A stretch of 64,000 nucleotides of DNA from Casimicrobiaceae bacterium (GTDB lineage Bacteria; Pseudomonadota; Gammaproteobacteria; Burkholderiales; Casimicrobiaceae): positions 11,424 through 75,423 of the forward strand of contig DASXBW010000096.1 of the NCBI GenBank assembly GCA_036491495.1. The letters are read 5' to 3'. The number at the start of each line of letters is the position of its first letter. Positions within the stretch are counted from its first letter, which is position 1. The notes beneath the pieces are model-generated. The model was given only the letters and a program-made list of their open reading frames with translations, was not told the DNA's origin and did not search any database. A program made the translations under genes and the position numbers. Below are positions 60,859 through 64,000 of the stretch, piece by piece.

Positions 60859-63102
60859 CTAGCGAACCGCCGTGATCGATTCCTTGACGACTCGCGGGGT
60901 CAGGAAAATGAGCAACTCGGTCTTTTCAACGGCCTTGTTGGTCGTCTTGAAAAGATAACCAACGACGGGCAAGTCGCCCAGGAATGGAAGCTTGGTGACG
61001 TCGTTGTTGACCGTTTCTTCGTAGATGCCGCCGATCACCGCGGTATCTCCATTGTTGACGGCAATCTGCGTGATGACATTCTTGGTGTCGATTGCGGGCA
61101 CCGTAAAGCCGCCACCGAGGTTGACCAGCTGTCCGACCGAGTCCTTACGAATTTCCACGGTCATGATGACCCGGTTGTCCGGGGTGATTTGCGGTGTCAC
61201 GTCCAGTCTGAGCACAGCCTTCTTGAACTGCACGGTCGCGGGACTATTGGCGGAGCCCGGGGTGACGTATGGAATCTCGGTCCCCTGTTCGATGCTCGCC
61301 TTTTGATTGTCCGCAGTCACGACGCGCGGGCTGGAGACGACCTTGCCGCGACTGTCGGCTTCGAGCGCGGACAGCTCGAGATTGATCAGGTTGCCGCTGC
61401 CCAGGTTGATCAGCGTCAGCGCAACCTGTCCCGCCGGATTGGGAACCGGCAAATTGACATTCAACTGCGGCGAGTCGGAATATCCCGCGGTGGCGAGTCC
61501 CGAAGCGAGCTCATATGGCGTCTGTGTGCGTGTGTCGCGGGTAAGCGTGTTTCCCGACGTGGTTACTACCGGTTGGGTGTTGAGGCTACCGCCGATCCCG
61601 CCCGCGTACCGCTTGTTGAGCGTGAAGCCGGTCTGCATTCCAAAGCGAACGCCGAGCTGGCGGCTGAATTTGTCGTCGGCAACGACTATACGGCTCTCGA
61701 TGACGACCTGGCGCACCGGATTATCGACCTGACGGATGATCCTCCGCACCTCTTCGAGCCGGGAGGCCGTGTCGGATACGAACAAGAGGTTGCTGCGCGG
61801 GTCGAGGATCGCAACGCCTCGCTTCGAGATGATCGAGCCCTGGCCGCCGGTGTTGCCTCCACCGCCCTGCCCGCCGGCACCGCTGCGGTTGCTCGAGATG
61901 AGATTGAGCAGATCCTGTGCCTTGATGTAGTTGAGCTGGAACGACTCCGTCACCAGTGGCTCAAGTTCGCTGATCTGCTGCTGGGATTCGAGCTGCTGCT
62001 TTTCCTTGAGCGCAAGCTCCTCGCGTGGCGCGATCAGAACGACGTTGCCGTTCTTGCGCATGTCGAGGCCCTTGGTCTGCATGATGATGTCCAGCGCCTG
62101 ATCCCAGGGAATGTCCTTGAGCCGTAGCGTCAGGCTGCCGGTCACGGTATCGCTGGTGATGATATTCAGGCCGGTGAAATCGGCGATCACCTGCAGTACT
62201 GCCCGTACTTCGACGTTCTGGAAGTTGAGCGACAATTTCTCGCCCTTGTAGCCGGCGCGCGTGCCTTGGGTCAGCTTGTTCGGGTCTTCCTGAATGGGCT
62301 TGATCTCGACAATGAACCGATTGTCGGTCTGGTAAGCCGAGTGTTCCCACAGTCCCTTCGGTTCGATCACTATGCGCGCATTTCCACCCTGCGAGAATGT
62401 ATCGACGGTAACCACCGGAGTTGCGAAGTCGCCCACGTCCAGCCGCCGCTCGAGATTGCGCGGCACCGTGGTCTTGATGAAATCGACGATCAACGCTTTG
62501 CCCTGCTGCCGGATATCGATTCCGGTCGTGCTGTCGGATAATTCGACGACAACGCGCCCTTCGCCATTCTTGCCGCGCCGGAAATCGACGTCGCGCAGCA
62601 CGTGCGTGGCCTCGCCCGGCCGCGCTTCGGCGAACCTGGAGACCGTCGGTGTACCTGCCGCCAAGCCAGCCTGCTCGGTCAGCGTCACCAACACGGTATT
62701 GCCCTCGATCTGTGTATCGAAGGTCTGCGGCTTGTTGAGATTGAACACCACGCGGGTGCGGTTTCCCGCCTGAACCACGTTCACGCTGCGCAACGCTGCG
62801 TCACCGACCTCTTGCGCCGAGCGACCGAGGCCGTTGCCGGTCTCGGGAAAATCGAGCGCGATGCGCGGCGGATTGTTGATCGCGAATCCGGCCGGCGGAT
62901 TGGCAAGCGGGGCCTTCAAGGTAAACTTGACGACCGTGCGCCCGGAGCTTCCCTTGGACACGGTCAGCGCTTCGATGCTGTTCCCGGCCTGCGCGAGCGC
63001 CTGGCCGATTCCCAGCATGACGAGCGCGGCCCCGAGGGTGGCGGCGACTCCCCAGACGCGCCAACGCGGTAGATTCAATGTAGTGGATGGCACCGGGCTC
63101 AT
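60859..63102 (-). CDS. pilQ: type IV pilus secretin PilQ
   Basis: 747 aa with a signal peptide, N-terminal AMIN-like repeats (RVVFNL and RIVIE types) and a secretin C-domain (PFLGDLPVVGYLFK...ELLIFLTPRVV). Confidence 0.9.
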   Translation of the reverse strand: MSPVPSTTLNLPRWRVWGVAATLGAALVMLGIGQALAQAGNSIEALTVSKGSSGRTVVKFTLKAPLANPPAGFAINNPPRIALDFPETGNGLGRSAQEVGDAALRSVNVVQAGNRTRVVFNLNKPQTFDTQIEGNTVLVTLTEQAGLAAGTPTVSRFAEARPGEATHVLRDVDFRRGKNGEGRVVVELSDSTTGIDIRQQGKALIVDFIKTTVPRNLERRLDVGDFATPVVTVDTFSQGGNARIVIEPKGLWEHSAYQTDNRFIVEIKPIQEDPNKLTQGTRAGYKGEKLSLNFQNVEVRAVLQVIADFTGLNIITSDTVTGSLTLRLKDIPWDQALDIIMQTKGLDMRKNGNVVLIAPREELALKEKQQLESQQQISELEPLVTESFQLNYIKAQDLLNLISSNRSGAGGQGGGGNTGGQGSIISKRGVAILDPRSNLLFVSDTASRLEEVRRIIRQVDNPVRQVVIESRIVVADDKFSRQLGVRFGMQTGFTLNKRYAGGIGGSLNTQPVVTTSGNTLTRDTRTQTPYELASGLATAGYSDSPQLNVNLPVPNPAGQVALTLINLGSGNLINLELSALEADSRGKVVSSPRVVTADNQKASIEQGTEIPYVTPGSANSPATVQFKKAVLRLDVTPQITPDNRVIMTVEIRKDSVGQLVNLGGGFTVPAIDTKNVITQIAVNNGDTAVIGGIYEETVNNDVTKLPFLGDLPVVGYLFKTTNKAVEKTELLIFLTPRVVKESITAVR

Positions 63103-63629
63103 TTGCGTCGCTCCTGTCTTTGGTCCGCCTCCGCGAGCTGGATGGTGCTCGATCGCTCCGTCCAGTCGCCGGCGCCGTCCTGCACCAGTTCCTTGAGCTT
63201 GATTTCGGCATCTTCAATGCCTACAACCACGCCGAAATTCTGCCCCATATAGTTGCCGACCTTCACCTGATAGACGTCCCTGTCGGTCGTGCGCACCAGC
63301 GCAAATCTGCTCTTGCCGCGTTGCAACGTGCCAACCATCGCCAACGATTCCAACGGGAAAGCTTCCAGCGGCTCCTTGCGGCGATTCAGGTCCGGAGCGA
63401 GCTTGCTGGCGCCCTTTAGCGGTTCGATCTTGCGCGGACGAAACGGATCGGGCAGGTCGAACGCGTTATACGCAAAAGGCTCGTACGGCTTTACCTGCGG
63501 CAACGGGTCGAGCTTGCCCTTGACGCCTTTGCCCTGCTCCTGCATCCACGCTTTCAGGTCCTCGTGTTGACCGCCGCAACCAGCGATAGAGATGGCTACG
63601 ACGACACACATGGCCACTCGCGCGATCAT
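63099..63629 (-). CDS. pilP: type IV pilus assembly lipoprotein PilP
   Basis: The lipobox is SIAGC. The protein is 176 aa. ATGA overlaps occur with both pilQ and pilO, in the canonical pilOPQ order. Confidence 0.8.
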   Translation of the reverse strand: MIARVAMCVVVAISIAGCGGQHEDLKAWMQEQGKGVKGKLDPLPQVKPYEPFAYNAFDLPDPFRPRKIEPLKGASKLAPDLNRRKEPLEAFPLESLAMVGTLQRGKSRFALVRTTDRDVYQVKVGNYMGQNFGVVVGIEDAEIKLKELVQDGAGDWTERSSTIQLAEADQRQERRK

Positions 63630-64000
63630 TTTTTGCCCTTGTCCTTCGCGTCTTTCGCCGACTTGCGCTGTTTAGCGACTTCTTCCTCGTCGAGGTAGCG
63701 GAAGGTCTTGGCCGTCGCTTCCATGATCAGCGTGCCCTTGTCGTTGACGATGCCGACATCGTTCAGGGTCACGATTCGCGGCAGCTGAGCGACATCGCTG
63801 GCAAACGCTCCCATGTCGTGATAATTGCCGGTGATACGGACACTGATTGGCAGCTCGGCATAAAAATCGGCCATCCGCTCCTGTGTCGCCGGTCTGAATA
63901 ATTCGAATTGCAGGCCGCGCCCGAGCCCGGCCTGGTTGATGTCGGTCAGCAGCGCGTCCATTTCGGATTTGTTGGGCAGTTGCTTCAACAGAGCGCCGAA
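63626..64000 (-). CDS. pilO: type IV pilus assembly protein PilO, C-terminal part (gene continues beyond the right edge)
   Basis: The reading frame is open to position 64000. The sequence LLKQLPNKSEMDALLTDINQAGLGRGLQFELFRP...ISVRITGNYHDMGAFASDVAQLPRIVTL is typical of PilO. Confidence 0.8.
   Translation of the reverse strand, partial: FGALLKQLPNKSEMDALLTDINQAGLGRGLQFELFRPATQERMADFYAELPISVRITGNYHDMGAFASDVAQLPRIVTLNDVGIVNDKGTLIMEATAKTFRYLDEEEVAKQRKSAKDAKDKGKK

Overview
This is a GC-rich chromosomal segment whose gene content and order look betaproteobacterial. I call about 53 protein genes. I found no rRNA, tRNA, transposase, integrase, phage gene, CRISPR array or recognisable defence gene. Gene order, left to right:
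- argB (partial).
- An LPS locus on the + strand: GT9 heptosyltransferase-III-like, WaaG-like GT4, msbA, AsnB-like, GT4, AsnB-like, GT9. It is met convergently by WbpM-like and WbpL/WecA-like genes.
- porin, coq7, porin.
- cca, an NDUFA9-like NAD-binding protein, and slt.
- purE.
- A very compact 16-gene minus-strand leucine/branched-chain catabolic (liu) array at 22.3-37.1 kb. It ends with LiuR and a perfect 16-bp palindromic operator.
- An MBL-fold hydrolase followed by class I phaC.
- A glycine-zipper protein and an EstA-like GDSL autotransporter.
- SDR, dsbA, a SPOR protein, argS, priA, hemE, a KdoO-like dioxygenase, gltD and gltB.
- An Ig-like repeat lipoprotein.
- aroB, aroK, pilQ, pilP and pilO (partial).
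Most of the window is conserved housekeeping synteny, and I do not see a convincing novel multi-gene system. The candidates most worth follow-up are:
- the duplicated amidotransferase + glycosyltransferase module in the LPS locus;
- the uncharacterised genes translationally coupled inside the liu array (DUF1289, DUF1272, DUF4126, two DsbA-like isomerases, a LysE exporter);
- a charge-poor Ig-repeat lipoprotein with a candidate sigma-54 promoter, in a variable slot between gltB and aroB;
- a perfect 20-bp tandem duplication of the dsbA initiation region that creates a 7-codon uORF;
- an AT-richer 357-bp spacer between hemE and priA.
Many long ORFs in the supplied track are antisense shadows or 5' over-extensions typical of high-GC DNA. 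I trimmed starts by eye, so they are approximate.
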